Assembly: GCA_964552565.1 (NCBI GenBank)
Contig: CAZKGL010000001.1
Coordinates: 499,061 to 563,060 of the forward strand
Origin: an uncultured Gammaproteobacteria bacterium
GTDB taxonomy: Bacteria > Patescibacteriota > Patescibacteriia > UBA9934
DNA length: 64,000 bases
Direction: 5' to 3'
A model generated the notes under the pieces. That model saw only the letters and a program-made list of their open reading frames with translations. It had not been told where the DNA came from and did not search any database. Below, in pieces: positions 38,784 to 47,656 of the stretch. Numbering within the stretch: the stretch's first letter is position 1; every line of letters begins with the position of its first letter. Both the position numbers and the translations under genes were made by a program.

Positions 38784-39310
38784 AGGATGTGGAGGGCGTT
38801 CGCCTGGCGGCGGAGTACGCGGTAGTTCGGGATCGCCTTTGCGACGAGCGCCCAGAACTGCGCCGAGTGGTTGAAGGCGCCGATATGGCAGAGTTCGTGG
38901 ACGACGAGATAATCCTGCAACGGTTGGGGCAAAAAGACAATGCGGTAGTTAAAGGAGAGGTCGCCGCGGCGGTTGCAGCTTCCCCAGCGGGAGCGCTGGT
39001 TGCGGATGCCGACCTTGCCGACCCGGAAACCGTACATGGGCTGGAAATGCCCTAAACGCGCCGTCACCAGCGCCAGGGCGGCCTTTTTGTGCGCCGCGTA
39101 CTCCTCCGGGGTCCCATCGCCGGCACCGCGGCGCGGCAACGCCGCAAGCGTTGCTTGCGTCTGCGCGATCCATGGCGCCTTTTCGCACACAAACGCGTCG
39201 ATCACGCGGAGGCTTACGCGATATGGCGCAGTCACCGACACCGTCCCGTCGACGCGGACGCGAATCCGGATGCTGCGGGAACGGCGCATTTTGCGGACCG
39301 TGTATTCCAT
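38780..39310 (-). CDS. YgjP/DUF45 SprT-like metalloprotease
   Basis: RWGSC, YLVVHELCH, NHS..FW. Confidence 0.9.
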   Translation of the reverse strand: MEYTVRKMRRSRSIRIRVRVDGTVSVTAPYRVSLRVIDAFVCEKAPWIAQTQATLAALPRRGAGDGTPEEYAAHKKAALALVTARLGHFQPMYGFRVGKVGIRNQRSRWGSCNRRGDLSFNYRIVFLPQPLQDYLVVHELCHIGAFNHSAQFWALVAKAIPNYRVLRRQANALHIL

Positions 39311-39412
39311 GGGCAAAATAGTAGCACAATCCACATTGACGGATGCGCTGAGATCGGTATACTTCCGGTGGTCTTTGCGAAGGCCGCCTCGTTTATTCTT
39401 AACACCATCACT

Positions 39413-39538
39413 ATGATGAACGACGGCGAGAACACCATGGCCCCGGCAATGGATCCGGGTACCCCGGCTCCGGCTCCGGCCGAACCGGAAGCTCCGGCAG
39501 AAGAAACGGCTCCCGCAGAGGAGACCCCGGCGGCGTAA
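39413..39538 (+). CDS. 41-aa acidic Pro/Ala/Glu-rich peptide
   Basis: MMNDGENTMAPAMDPGTPAPAPAEPEAPAEETAPAEETPAA; promoter TTGACG-16-TATACT at 39336-39363; terminator follows. Confidence 0.6.
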   Translation: MMNDGENTMAPAMDPGTPAPAPAEPEAPAEETAPAEETPAA

Positions 39539-39546
39539 TGCCTTCG

Positions 39547-39578
39547 AACAAAAAAACCGCGCATGCGGTTTTTTTGTT
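39547..39578. terminator. Bidirectional intrinsic terminator
   Basis: AACAAAAAAACCGC-GCAT-GCGGTTTTTTTGTT. Confidence 0.85.
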
Positions 39579-39753
39579 ATCCCTTCACGAAAAATGCCGC
39601 GGCGAACGCCCCAAACACCAGGGTATAGCACACGACGAGCGCCAAGAGCCATGGCCGGACGCCGCGGCCGCCCATGCGCGCCTTGATGCCGAAAACGACG
39701 CCAGCGGCAGCAAGAAACCCTGCGCTAAGGAGAAACAGGCCTATCCAGAGCAT
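39577..39753 (-). CDS. Small 2-TM hypothetical protein
   Basis: 58 aa, hydrophobic, ends at the terminator. Confidence 0.5.
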   Translation of the reverse strand: MLWIGLFLLSAGFLAAAGVVFGIKARMGGRGVRPWLLALVVCYTLVFGAFAAAFFVKG

Positions 39754-39859
39754 AGCCGCCCCATTTTCCCATTCATGCACAGGAGCTGTCCAGAAAACCC
39801 TTGCAATTGCTGAGGTATTGCCGGACAATAAAGGCAGTTAATTGCTTAATGCAACGCAT

Positions 39860-40117
39860 ATGGTCTGGGGAAAAATCAAGGAGGCGCTCGGTTGGGGCGA
39901 GCCGAAAAAGGCAGGGACGGAAATCCGGGCGAACGTCGGCATGGATACCAAGCAGTACGAGGCGGGGATGGGCATGAGCGGCCCGGAATGGGAAGCAAAG
40001 GAAGCGGCAGAGGCGAAGGCGCCGGAAGTGGCGGCGGAAAAGCTCGCGGAGCTTTCTGCGGAGGACGACGATAAGACCGAAGAGGTAGAAATGCCCCACA
40101 CCGGCACCAATGGCTAA
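39860..40117 (+). CDS. Small acidic hypothetical protein
   Basis: MVWGKIKEALGW..., followed by hairpin GACGGGAGC/GCTCCCGTC. Confidence 0.55.
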   Translation: MVWGKIKEALGWGEPKKAGTEIRANVGMDTKQYEAGMGMSGPEWEAKEAAEAKAPEVAAEKLAELSAEDDDKTEEVEMPHTGTNG

Positions 40118-40162
40118 GCCCAGATTTGACGGGAGCCCCGCTCCCGTCTTTGATAGCCCTAT

Positions 40163-40897
40163 ATGTATTATTTCCTCATAGTCCTCTTCATCCTGTTCCT
40201 TGCCACGCTCCGCCAGGTCAACCAGTACGAACGCGGCGTGAAGTTCACCATGGGCCGCTACACCGGCCTTGTGAACCCAGGCTGGCGCATGGTCATCCCC
40301 GTGTTCCAGTTCATGCGCAAAGTCGACATGCGCCTCAAGGCCGTCGACGTCCCGCCGCAAGACGCGATTACCAAGGACAACGTCTCGGTGAAGGTGAACG
40401 CGGTCATCTACTACAAAATCATTGACGCGCCGAAGTCGGTGCTTGAAGTCGAGCACATCCATTGGGCAGTGCTCCAGCTGGCACAGACGACGATGCGCAA
40501 CGTGGTCGGCGAAGTCATGCTGAACGACCTCCTCTCGCAGCGCCAGCAGCTCTCCGAGCGCATCGAGCAACTCGTCGACGAGCAGACGGCCGGCTGGGGC
40601 GTCGAAGTGGCGACCGCGGAACTCAAGGACATCAACCTGCCGCCGGACATGATCCGCACCATCGCGAAGACCGCGGAGGCGGAACGCGAACGCCAGGCGG
40701 TCATCATCAATTCGGAAGGCGAAGTCATCGCCGCGGAAAACTTGGCGAAGGCCGCAGGCATCCTCGCCGCGAACCCGGGCGCGCTGCACCTGCGTACGCT
40801 CAACTCCATCAACGACATCTCGAGCGACCAGTCGAACACGGTCGTCTTCACGGTGCCGCTCGAAATCCTCAAGGCGTTCGAGGGATTCAAGAAATAA
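40163..40897 (+). CDS. SPFH/stomatin (slipin) family protein
   Basis: YERGVKFTMGR, ITKDNVSV, AQTTMR, AEAERER. Confidence 0.93.
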   Translation: MYYFLIVLFILFLATLRQVNQYERGVKFTMGRYTGLVNPGWRMVIPVFQFMRKVDMRLKAVDVPPQDAITKDNVSVKVNAVIYYKIIDAPKSVLEVEHIHWAVLQLAQTTMRNVVGEVMLNDLLSQRQQLSERIEQLVDEQTAGWGVEVATAELKDINLPPDMIRTIAKTAEAERERQAVIINSEGEVIAAENLAKAAGILAANPGALHLRTLNSINDISSDQSNTVVFTVPLEILKAFEGFKK

Positions 40898-40971
40898 CCC
40901 CCTAGCCCCCATAAATGGGGGTAGCCTCGGGGAAGCCAAACCCCCTCCATTTATGGAGGGGGCTCGGGGGT
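40897..40971. repeat. Double-hairpin REP-like element between convergent genes
   Basis: ACCCCCTAGCCCCCATAAATGGGGG...CCCCCTCCATTTATGGAGGGGGCTCGGGGGT. Confidence 0.65.
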
Positions 40972-40973
40972 GG

Positions 40974-41324
40974 TCAATGCTCACTCCACAAGAGAAGAAG
41001 GCGCGACGCAAAGCCGCCCTTCTTTTCTTTTTGGGCTTGGCAGATTTCCAAAAACTCTTCGCGCGTCACGCCAAGCGCAAGCAACAGCCCGTCGATGACG
41101 GCTTCGACATCGGCAAGTTCGCGAAGCGCGTCCTCGCGGCCGTCCGCAGTGGCGGCCTCCGCGGCTTCTTCCTGCAGCTTCTGCCGGAGCTGCGCGACAA
41201 ACTGGGCGTCGTCGACAATCACGTCGGTCGCAAACGTGACGCCCTTCGCGCGCATCACCTCCGGCACCTTGTCGCGGATGAGCTTGTTATATACCACCCT
41301 TCCTGCCGGATATTGTTTGTCCAT
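40974..41324 (-). CDS. Nucleoside triphosphate pyrophosphohydrolase (MazG/HisE-like)
   Basis: YNKLIRDKVPE, KLQEEAAE, ELADV, KKGGF. Confidence 0.88.
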   Translation of the reverse strand: MDKQYPAGRVVYNKLIRDKVPEVMRAKGVTFATDVIVDDAQFVAQLRQKLQEEAAEAATADGREDALRELADVEAVIDGLLLALGVTREEFLEICQAQKEKKGGFASRLLLLWSEH

Positions 41325-41332
41325 ACATGAGG

Positions 41333-41427
41333 GGCCGGGTGACGCCGAGCAGGTCCCCTGCTTGGGCGCGCAGACGAGTCCGACGAGTCGAGCACCCAAC
41401 AGGGTGCGAAGGCGGCAGGACCCGGCC
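41333..41427 (+). repeat. 95-bp copy of structured repeat family 1
   Basis: GGCCGGGTGACGCCGAG...TGGGCGCGCAG...TCGAGCACCCA...GGCGGCAGGACCCGGCC. Confidence 0.85.
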
Positions 41428-41429
41428 GG

Positions 41430-42707
41430 TTAGAATTGTTCGGCAAACAATGCCGCAAACGCCTCTTTGCATCGCCACCACCACGAGCGCTTCTTCCAGG
41501 ATGTGAGCGTTACTTCCTTGGCGCGGCGCAGGTCGCGGGCGAACGCGTCACCTAACCGCTTCGCCAACCCGGTGTCAAGCATGGCAATGACGTTCTCCTC
41601 GTTGAGCTCTTTGCTGCGCACATCGATGTTCGCGCTGCCGACGACCGACCACGCGCCGTCGACGACGACAAATTTGCTGTGCACCATGGTCGGCTGGAAC
41701 TCGTAAATGCGGACGCCGTCCTTCAGCATCTCCTCGTAGTAATACCGCCCGGCCCACAACACCGGCGGGACGTCGATGTGTTCGTTCGGCACGATGACGC
41801 GCACCTCGACCCCTTCGCGCGCTTTTGCACGGAGCGCGGCGCGGATGTGGTGGTCCGGGACGAAGTACGGGTTTTCGATGCTGATGCGTTTCGTCGCGCC
41901 CATAAACGACAGCCAGAACAGCGTGCGGATGGGATGGATATCGTCGGTCGGCGCGGAGGCGACGCTCAAAAACGGCACGCTCCCCTTCTCCGCCCGCCGC
42001 GGGTAATAGGCGTCGCCCACAAGGATCTCCCCGGTCGCCGAGGTCCACATTTGCACGAACGCCGCTTGGAGCCGCAGCGCCATGACGCCGGTCGTCTGCA
42101 CCATCATGTCGCGCCAATGCTCCGGGTTTTCCGCATTCCCCGACCACTCGTCGCCGATCGACACGCCGCCCGTGTATGCCACCGTTCCGTCAATGACGAT
42201 GGAGCGCCGGTGGTTGCGGCGGTGGTAGCGCGAGAGTTTGCCGAACTCGAACTTGCGGAACCATGCGACGTGGCCGCCCGCGGCCTCAAGCGTGATGAAC
42301 TTGTCTTCGGGCGCAAGGATGCCGCCCATGCTGTCCAAGAAAACGCGGACCTCCACGCCCTCATGCGCCTTCGCGGTCAAGATCTCGAGCAATTGGTCCG
42401 ACAGCTTCCCGTCCTTCCAAATAAACGTCATGACGTGGATGTGGTGCGTCGCCGCGCGCATCGCGGCGAACATGGACGCGAAAATTTCATTGCCGTTGTT
42501 CAGCACGTCGACCGGCGACCCCATGTCGACCGCCGTCCCCGTGAGCGCGGACAGCGCCGCGAGGAACTGCGGCGACCCTACGACGACGTCGTCCGTGCAC
42601 GTCAATTCATTAGGCCGCTTGCCCCACGACGCAAACAGGGTGACCAGCACATAAGCCAGTACCCACGCCCCGACGATAATTGCCAACACGACCCACCACG
42701 CGCCCAT
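41430..42707 (-). CDS. cls: Cardiolipin synthase (PLD family)
   Basis: RNHRRSIVIDG (variant) and HSKFVVVDG HKD motifs, GSANID. Confidence 0.88.
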   Translation of the reverse strand: MGAWWVVLAIIVGAWVLAYVLVTLFASWGKRPNELTCTDDVVVGSPQFLAALSALTGTAVDMGSPVDVLNNGNEIFASMFAAMRAATHHIHVMTFIWKDGKLSDQLLEILTAKAHEGVEVRVFLDSMGGILAPEDKFITLEAAGGHVAWFRKFEFGKLSRYHRRNHRRSIVIDGTVAYTGGVSIGDEWSGNAENPEHWRDMMVQTTGVMALRLQAAFVQMWTSATGEILVGDAYYPRRAEKGSVPFLSVASAPTDDIHPIRTLFWLSFMGATKRISIENPYFVPDHHIRAALRAKAREGVEVRVIVPNEHIDVPPVLWAGRYYYEEMLKDGVRIYEFQPTMVHSKFVVVDGAWSVVGSANIDVRSKELNEENVIAMLDTGLAKRLGDAFARDLRRAKEVTLTSWKKRSWWWRCKEAFAALFAEQF

Positions 42708-42730
42708 AGTACAGTGGTCATCTCACGTTT

Positions 42731-43111
42731 TTATGGTTCTGTCACCTGCGTCACCGCAAACGGGCTGAGGGTGACCGTGGCACGCATGGACCGCGTCATG
42801 CTCTGGTCCGTCAGCGACACCACGACCTCGCGCTGGCCCGCGACCGGCGTCGTCACCGTAAGCGCACAGGTCGCGTCCCCGGTCGTCACGGAGGCCGGCG
42901 CGAAATCGTTGTCCTTCTGCAACTGGATCAGCACCTCCTCGAGGCAGCCGGACGCCTTGGCCCGGACGGTCTGGGCGATGCGCGTTTCGTTCGCGTCGAC
43001 GAAGCTGTTGATGCTGCCGCGCACCAGCACGGCGAGCGCGCCTAAACTCACGCTCCCGAGGATGAGCACGATGAACAGCATGGCGATGCCGCGTTGATGG
43101 TGCGTACGCAT
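42731..43111 (-). CDS. PilX-like minor pilin
   Basis: QRG/IAMLFIVLIL class III signal without Glu5. Confidence 0.7.
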   Translation of the reverse strand: MRTHHQRGIAMLFIVLILGSVSLGALAVLVRGSINSFVDANETRIAQTVRAKASGCLEEVLIQLQKDNDFAPASVTTGDATCALTVTTPVAGQREVVVSLTDQSMTRSMRATVTLSPFAVTQVTEP

Positions 43112-43112
43112 A

Positions 43113-43676
43113 TCAATTCTCGATCGTGTGGGGTGAAAGGGCGATGGTGGTGTCGCCACTGAAGGTCGCGGAGCGGAGCGCGTCGGTCGTCGGCGCGACC
43201 ATCGCCGTGTCGAGGCTGATCCTGAGCCCGGTCAAGATGCCCGAGGAGTCGCGCACGGTCGACACCTGCCACGTCGTCACGTCGATCTCGCCATCCGTCA
43301 GCCATACCGCGGGACCCGCGCCGGTCTGCATGCGCAACCGCCGGACGTTCTGCGTCCCGCCCGGGAACGACACCGCGACCGTCGGGCAGTCGATCACCAC
43401 GGTCGTCCCGCTGGCGTCCTGGAAACGCAGCGTACTCGGATTCGCGCCGAGCGTGGACGTGCTCGTCGTCACGGCGTCCGAGGCAGTGAGTGCGATCTGG
43501 AGTTCGGAAAACACCATGCCCGCCGTCTGCTCCATGCGCGTCCGCGCGTCAAACAACAGCTCCTCGCCATGCAGCTGCAACACAAACGTCACCATGCTCG
43601 GCAAGATAATCATCATGAGGCCGATATACAGCACGGTTTCGAGGAGCGTGATGCCGTGGAGAGTCGGGCGGCGCAT
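43113..43676 (-). CDS. Minor pilin (PilW-like)
   Basis: HG/ITLLETVLY prepilin motif. Confidence 0.8.
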   Translation of the reverse strand: MRRPTLHGITLLETVLYIGLMMIILPSMVTFVLQLHGEELLFDARTRMEQTAGMVFSELQIALTASDAVTTSTSTLGANPSTLRFQDASGTTVVIDCPTVAVSFPGGTQNVRRLRMQTGAGPAVWLTDGEIDVTTWQVSTVRDSSGILTGLRISLDTAMVAPTTDALRSATFSGDTTIALSPHTIEN

Positions 43677-43677
43677 A

Positions 43678-44541
43678 TTAGTCGGGACAGAATTCCGGCG
43701 AGGTCCACGATGACGCGTCGGTAAACGTCACCGTCATCGTCAAACAGGTGTCTTCCATGTTGATGTCGAACTGCCCCTTGTTCACTTCGCCGGTGCCGCC
43801 GGGAGGGACGGTGAAATCCTGGATGTCCATCTGTTCGCCGGACGTCAGGTTATGGAGCGGCGTCCCCGGCCCGGACGACGACCATACCTTCGTCGTGTCC
43901 ATAAAGAGCTGGCTCATGGTCGCGCCGTTCGTCCACGTGAACGCGATCGTGTTGACGGTCGCGGCGTTCCCGCCGGTATTCGTAAACCACAGGTCGCGCA
44001 ACTGCTTGCCGCCGCTCCATTCCGCGCCCTCGACCGCCCAGGTGACCGACGTCGCCATCGTCGCGCCGAAACAGCTCCCCTGCGGGTCGTCCCAGCGGGT
44101 GCGGAGCGCGCGGCTCGTCACGGTATGGCTGCGACCCGCGACATCGGTCCACGTCACGTCGCTCACCAACATGCGGCTGTCGTCGTCTACCGTGCCGCCG
44201 CTCGCCACCACAAGGCAGCCGGCGTCGCGCTGCACCGTCTGTACCCGCACGGTGCGCGTCATGCCGTCCGGCAGCGCCTGCGGACCGGACGTGCCGAGCG
44301 TCCATCGCCCGCTTGCAAAGGTCAACGAGCCGGTTTCCGTCGTCGTCAGATCGGCGAAGGCGATCGTCTGCAGCGCGGCAAGCCCCTCGTTCATGTTCCA
44401 GACGGCGCGCGTGATCTCTTCGGCGCGGTCGCTGGACGAATTCGCGGCGATGGCGAGGGTGACGAGACCGCCCAAATACGCCGCCGCAATACCGACGACG
44501 ACCAACGCTTCCAAGATGACTGCGCCTTTCGGGATCCGCAT
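43678..44541 (-). CDS. Minor pilin (PilV-like) with extended C-terminal domain
   Basis: KG/AVILEALVV prepilin motif. Confidence 0.72.
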   Translation of the reverse strand: MRIPKGAVILEALVVVGIAAAYLGGLVTLAIAANSSSDRAEEITRAVWNMNEGLAALQTIAFADLTTTETGSLTFASGRWTLGTSGPQALPDGMTRTVRVQTVQRDAGCLVVASGGTVDDDSRMLVSDVTWTDVAGRSHTVTSRALRTRWDDPQGSCFGATMATSVTWAVEGAEWSGGKQLRDLWFTNTGGNAATVNTIAFTWTNGATMSQLFMDTTKVWSSSGPGTPLHNLTSGEQMDIQDFTVPPGGTGEVNKGQFDINMEDTCLTMTVTFTDASSWTSPEFCPD

Positions 44542-44542
44542 A

Positions 44543-45043
44543 TTATCGTACGGGAATACCGTTGCTCCCGACCGTCACCGTGCTTGACGCGCCGAACCAT
44601 TCGAGCGCGAGCGAGCCGTATTGCGCCGTCGTGCCGGTGTGCGTCACAAAGACGACCTCGTGGCTGTTCGACATGTCCGGGGCGCCGCCACTGAAGTCGA
44701 CCGACGTGAAGCGGATGTCGGGGCTCACGCTGAGGACGATATCCTTGCTCGTGTCGCGCGTCGCGTAGCTCGCGCCGGAAAACACGGTGATGGACGACGT
44801 GACCCGCGTGACCTCGTCATACGGGATGTACACGCCCCACGACGTGCCGGAGTGGCCGTTGCGCGCCCGGCGCGCCGCGAGCGCGACGGCGTTGACCACC
44901 TCGCGGTCCGTCGCCACCGTTGCGGCCGCGATTTGGAAACGCGAGAACGCGAAGGCGGACATCGCAAAGACGGCGAGGAGGATCCCCACGACGATGACGA
45001 CTTCGATGAGGGTGATGCCGCGCGGCACATTAAATCGTTCCAA
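44543..45043 (-). CDS. Minor pilin (FimT/GspH-like)
   Basis: RG/ITLIEVVIVV prepilin motif. Confidence 0.8.
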   Translation of the reverse strand: MERFNVPRGITLIEVVIVVGILLAVFAMSAFAFSRFQIAAATVATDREVVNAVALAARRARNGHSGTSWGVYIPYDEVTRVTSSITVFSGASYATRDTSKDIVLSVSPDIRFTSVDFSGGAPDMSNSHEVVFVTHTGTTAQYGSLALEWFGASSTVTVGSNGIPVR

Positions 45044-46154
45044 TAACCTTATAAATCGGCGTGATGATGGAGAACGCGAGCACGCCGACCATGACGCCGA
45101 TCAGCACGATAAGGAGCGGCTCGAGCAGCGTCGTCGCGTTCTTCGTCGCTTCGTCGACCTCCTGTTCGTAAAAGCCCGCAAGGTAGATACACATGTCGCC
45201 GAGCGTCCCCGTCTCCTCGCCGACGCGGATAAGCCGGAGCGCAATCGGCGGCACAAGGCGCGGCGACCCCGCGAGCGCGTCGGCGATGGTGCTGCCGTGC
45301 GCGATGGTCGTCAGCACCTTCTCGAACAACCGCTGGTAGTGGACGTTTTTCATGACCGAGATCGTCACGGGCAGCGCGTCGTTGATGGGCATGCCGCTCC
45401 CCAGCAGCGTGCCGAGGAGGCGGGTGCAGCGCGCAAGGTTCGCGTTCCGCGCAATCGTCCCGACGACGGGGAACCGGAGCGTCACCCAGTGCGTGAACGG
45501 CTTCACGAACGGCAGGGTGCGCAGGAACATGAACCCGACGGACGCGGCGATGAGGAGGACAAGGAGCAGCGGCCCATGGTTGCCGATGATGCCGGAGATC
45601 CACAAGAGCGCGACGGTCGTGGGCGGCAGCGGGACGTCGAGCGAATCGAAGAGCTTCGTGATATTCGGCAGGATAAACACGACAATGCCGGTCGTCACAA
45701 GGACGGCAGAGACGAGCACGATCGACGGGTACATCATCGCGCCGCGGATCTTTTGGCGCAGCTCGTGCTCCTTCTGCATCTGCCCGGCGAGCTGTTCGAA
45801 GTTCCCCTGCAGCGTGCCGGACGCTTCGCCGGCGCGGATGAGGTTGACGTAGATGCTCGAAAAGATGTGCGGGAAGTCCTCGAGGCCGTCGGCGAGCGTC
45901 TTGCCGCTCGTCACCGCCGCCTTCAGCGAACTGAGCACGGTCTTCAGCGGCCCCTTCGCCTGTTGCAAGAGGATATCGAGCGCGTCGTCGATCGGAAGCC
46001 CGGAACGCAAGAGCACGGAGAGATACTTGGTGAGGAGCAGCTGTTCGGTGTGCGACAGGCGGACCTGGAGCCGGGTCACCAACGAAACCCTGCGCCGGCC
46101 GGGGGCCGTCGCGAGCTTCTTTTCTGCGGGTTGTGCGGCAACGGCTTCCCCCAT
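45030..46154 (-). CDS. pilC: Type IV pilus/T2SS platform protein PilC/GspF
   Basis: AGEASGTL, AMMYP, VGEETGTL, LLEP. Confidence 0.92.
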   Translation of the reverse strand: MGEAVAAQPAEKKLATAPGRRRVSLVTRLQVRLSHTEQLLLTKYLSVLLRSGLPIDDALDILLQQAKGPLKTVLSSLKAAVTSGKTLADGLEDFPHIFSSIYVNLIRAGEASGTLQGNFEQLAGQMQKEHELRQKIRGAMMYPSIVLVSAVLVTTGIVVFILPNITKLFDSLDVPLPPTTVALLWISGIIGNHGPLLLVLLIAASVGFMFLRTLPFVKPFTHWVTLRFPVVGTIARNANLARCTRLLGTLLGSGMPINDALPVTISVMKNVHYQRLFEKVLTTIAHGSTIADALAGSPRLVPPIALRLIRVGEETGTLGDMCIYLAGFYEQEVDEATKNATTLLEPLLIVLIGVMVGVLAFSIITPIYKVIGTI

Positions 46155-46156
46155 AG

Positions 46157-47515
46157 CTATTCTTGCATGACGCGAACGAGCTCTTCGATCGTCGTCTGCT
46201 TCGCGATGACCTTGCGCGCGCCGTCTTCGACGACGGTCGTCATCCCCTCCTTGCGCGCCTGCGCTTCGATGTCGTCGCTCGACGCCCGAGTGACGATGAG
46301 CCGCTGGATTTCCGGCGAGTTCTCGAGGACCTCGTAGATGCCGACGCGGCCGCGGTAGCCGCTTTCGCCGCACTTCGCGCACTTCCCCGGCTTCGCGACC
46401 TCGATCGTCTGCGCGTCGCGGAACAGCGCGTCGACCGTTTCTTTGCTGAAGAGCTTCTCGGCGTCCGCGCGGGCGAGCTGCTCCGTGGTCATGCAGTCCT
46501 CGCAGACGCGCCGCACGAGGCGCTGCGCGATGGCGCAAATGAACGTCGATGCGATGAGGAACGGCTCGACGCCCATGTCGATGAGGCGCGGGATGGTCGT
46601 CGCGGAGTTGTTCGTGTGGAGCGTCGACAGGAGCTTGTGGCCGGTCATCGCGGCGTTCACGGCGATCTTCGCCGTTTCCTGGTCGCGGATTTCACCGACC
46701 ATGATGATGTCCGGGTCTTGGCGCAAAAGCGCGCGCAGCCCGGTGGCGAACGTCAGCTTCGCCACGTGGTCGACTTGGCTTTGGTTCGTGCCGGGAATTT
46801 CGAACTCGACCGGGTCTTCAATGGTGGCGACGTTCACTTCGCGCGTGTTGAGCACCTCCAAGATGGCGTAGATGGAGGTGGTCTTGCCGCTCCCGGTCGG
46901 GCCGGTGGCGAGGATCATGCCCCACGGCTTGCGGATGGCGCGCTGCACGCGTGCGAGGTCCTCTTCGGAAAACCCCAGCTGTTCGAGGGTGAGTTGGTGC
47001 GACTGGCTAGAGAGGAGGCGGAGGACCGCTTTTTCGCCGAGCGCGGTCGGGATGACGGACACGCGGACATCGACATCGCCGAGCGGACTTGTAAACTTGA
47101 AACGGCCGTCTTGCGGCGCGTGGTGCTCGTCGGTGCGCATCCGCGTCAGGATTTTCAGGCGGGCGATGACGCGGGCATGGAGCTCGGGCGCAACCGTGTA
47201 CTGGTCGTGCAGGATGCCGTCCACGCGGATGCGGACGACCGCTTCTTCCTTCCAGGGCTCGAGGTGCACGTCAGACGCACGGCTGGCGTGCGCGAATATC
47301 ATGAGCTGCTCGAACAGCTTGACTGCCGAGTCCTCCTTTGCGTGCGCGCCCGTCGCTTTGGCGATGAGGTCTTCGATCTCCTCCTTTGTGGGAAGTTTCA
47401 CCGAAGGATCCGGTTGCACCGCCGCCTTCGCGGCCGGCTTCGCGGGCGTTGCCGCAGGAACGTCAGCAATCGCGGCGGGCGCGTCGGCAACCGCTGCTCC
47501 TTTTTTCTTGGGCAT
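46157..47515 (-). CDS. pilB: Type IV pilus/T2SS assembly ATPase PilB/GspE
   Basis: ASDVHLEP, GPTGSGKT, TIEDPVE, RQDPDIIMVGEIRD, STLHTN, tetracysteine motif. Confidence 0.93.
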   Translation of the reverse strand: MPKKKGAAVADAPAAIADVPAATPAKPAAKAAVQPDPSVKLPTKEEIEDLIAKATGAHAKEDSAVKLFEQLMIFAHASRASDVHLEPWKEEAVVRIRVDGILHDQYTVAPELHARVIARLKILTRMRTDEHHAPQDGRFKFTSPLGDVDVRVSVIPTALGEKAVLRLLSSQSHQLTLEQLGFSEEDLARVQRAIRKPWGMILATGPTGSGKTTSIYAILEVLNTREVNVATIEDPVEFEIPGTNQSQVDHVAKLTFATGLRALLRQDPDIIMVGEIRDQETAKIAVNAAMTGHKLLSTLHTNNSATTIPRLIDMGVEPFLIASTFICAIAQRLVRRVCEDCMTTEQLARADAEKLFSKETVDALFRDAQTIEVAKPGKCAKCGESGYRGRVGIYEVLENSPEIQRLIVTRASSDDIEAQARKEGMTTVVEDGARKVIAKQTTIEELVRVMQE

Positions 47516-47656
47516 AGACGGAATGTCATGCGCATTTTACCGCATCACCCCATGCAACGACGATGTACATGTCCACACCGCGCTCGACGTTGCGGCGCGC
47601 GCGACGGTATACTGTGGGAAACGCGCGAAAAAGCGTACTAACAATTTTTTTGCACT

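Noticed and set aside
15154-41427. Kink-turn assignment for the GGGUGACGCC/GGCGGCAGGACCC internal loop of family 1
   Set aside because: Tandem G-A pairs are possible, but the bulge length and register do not match the canonical consensus, so it is not claimed.
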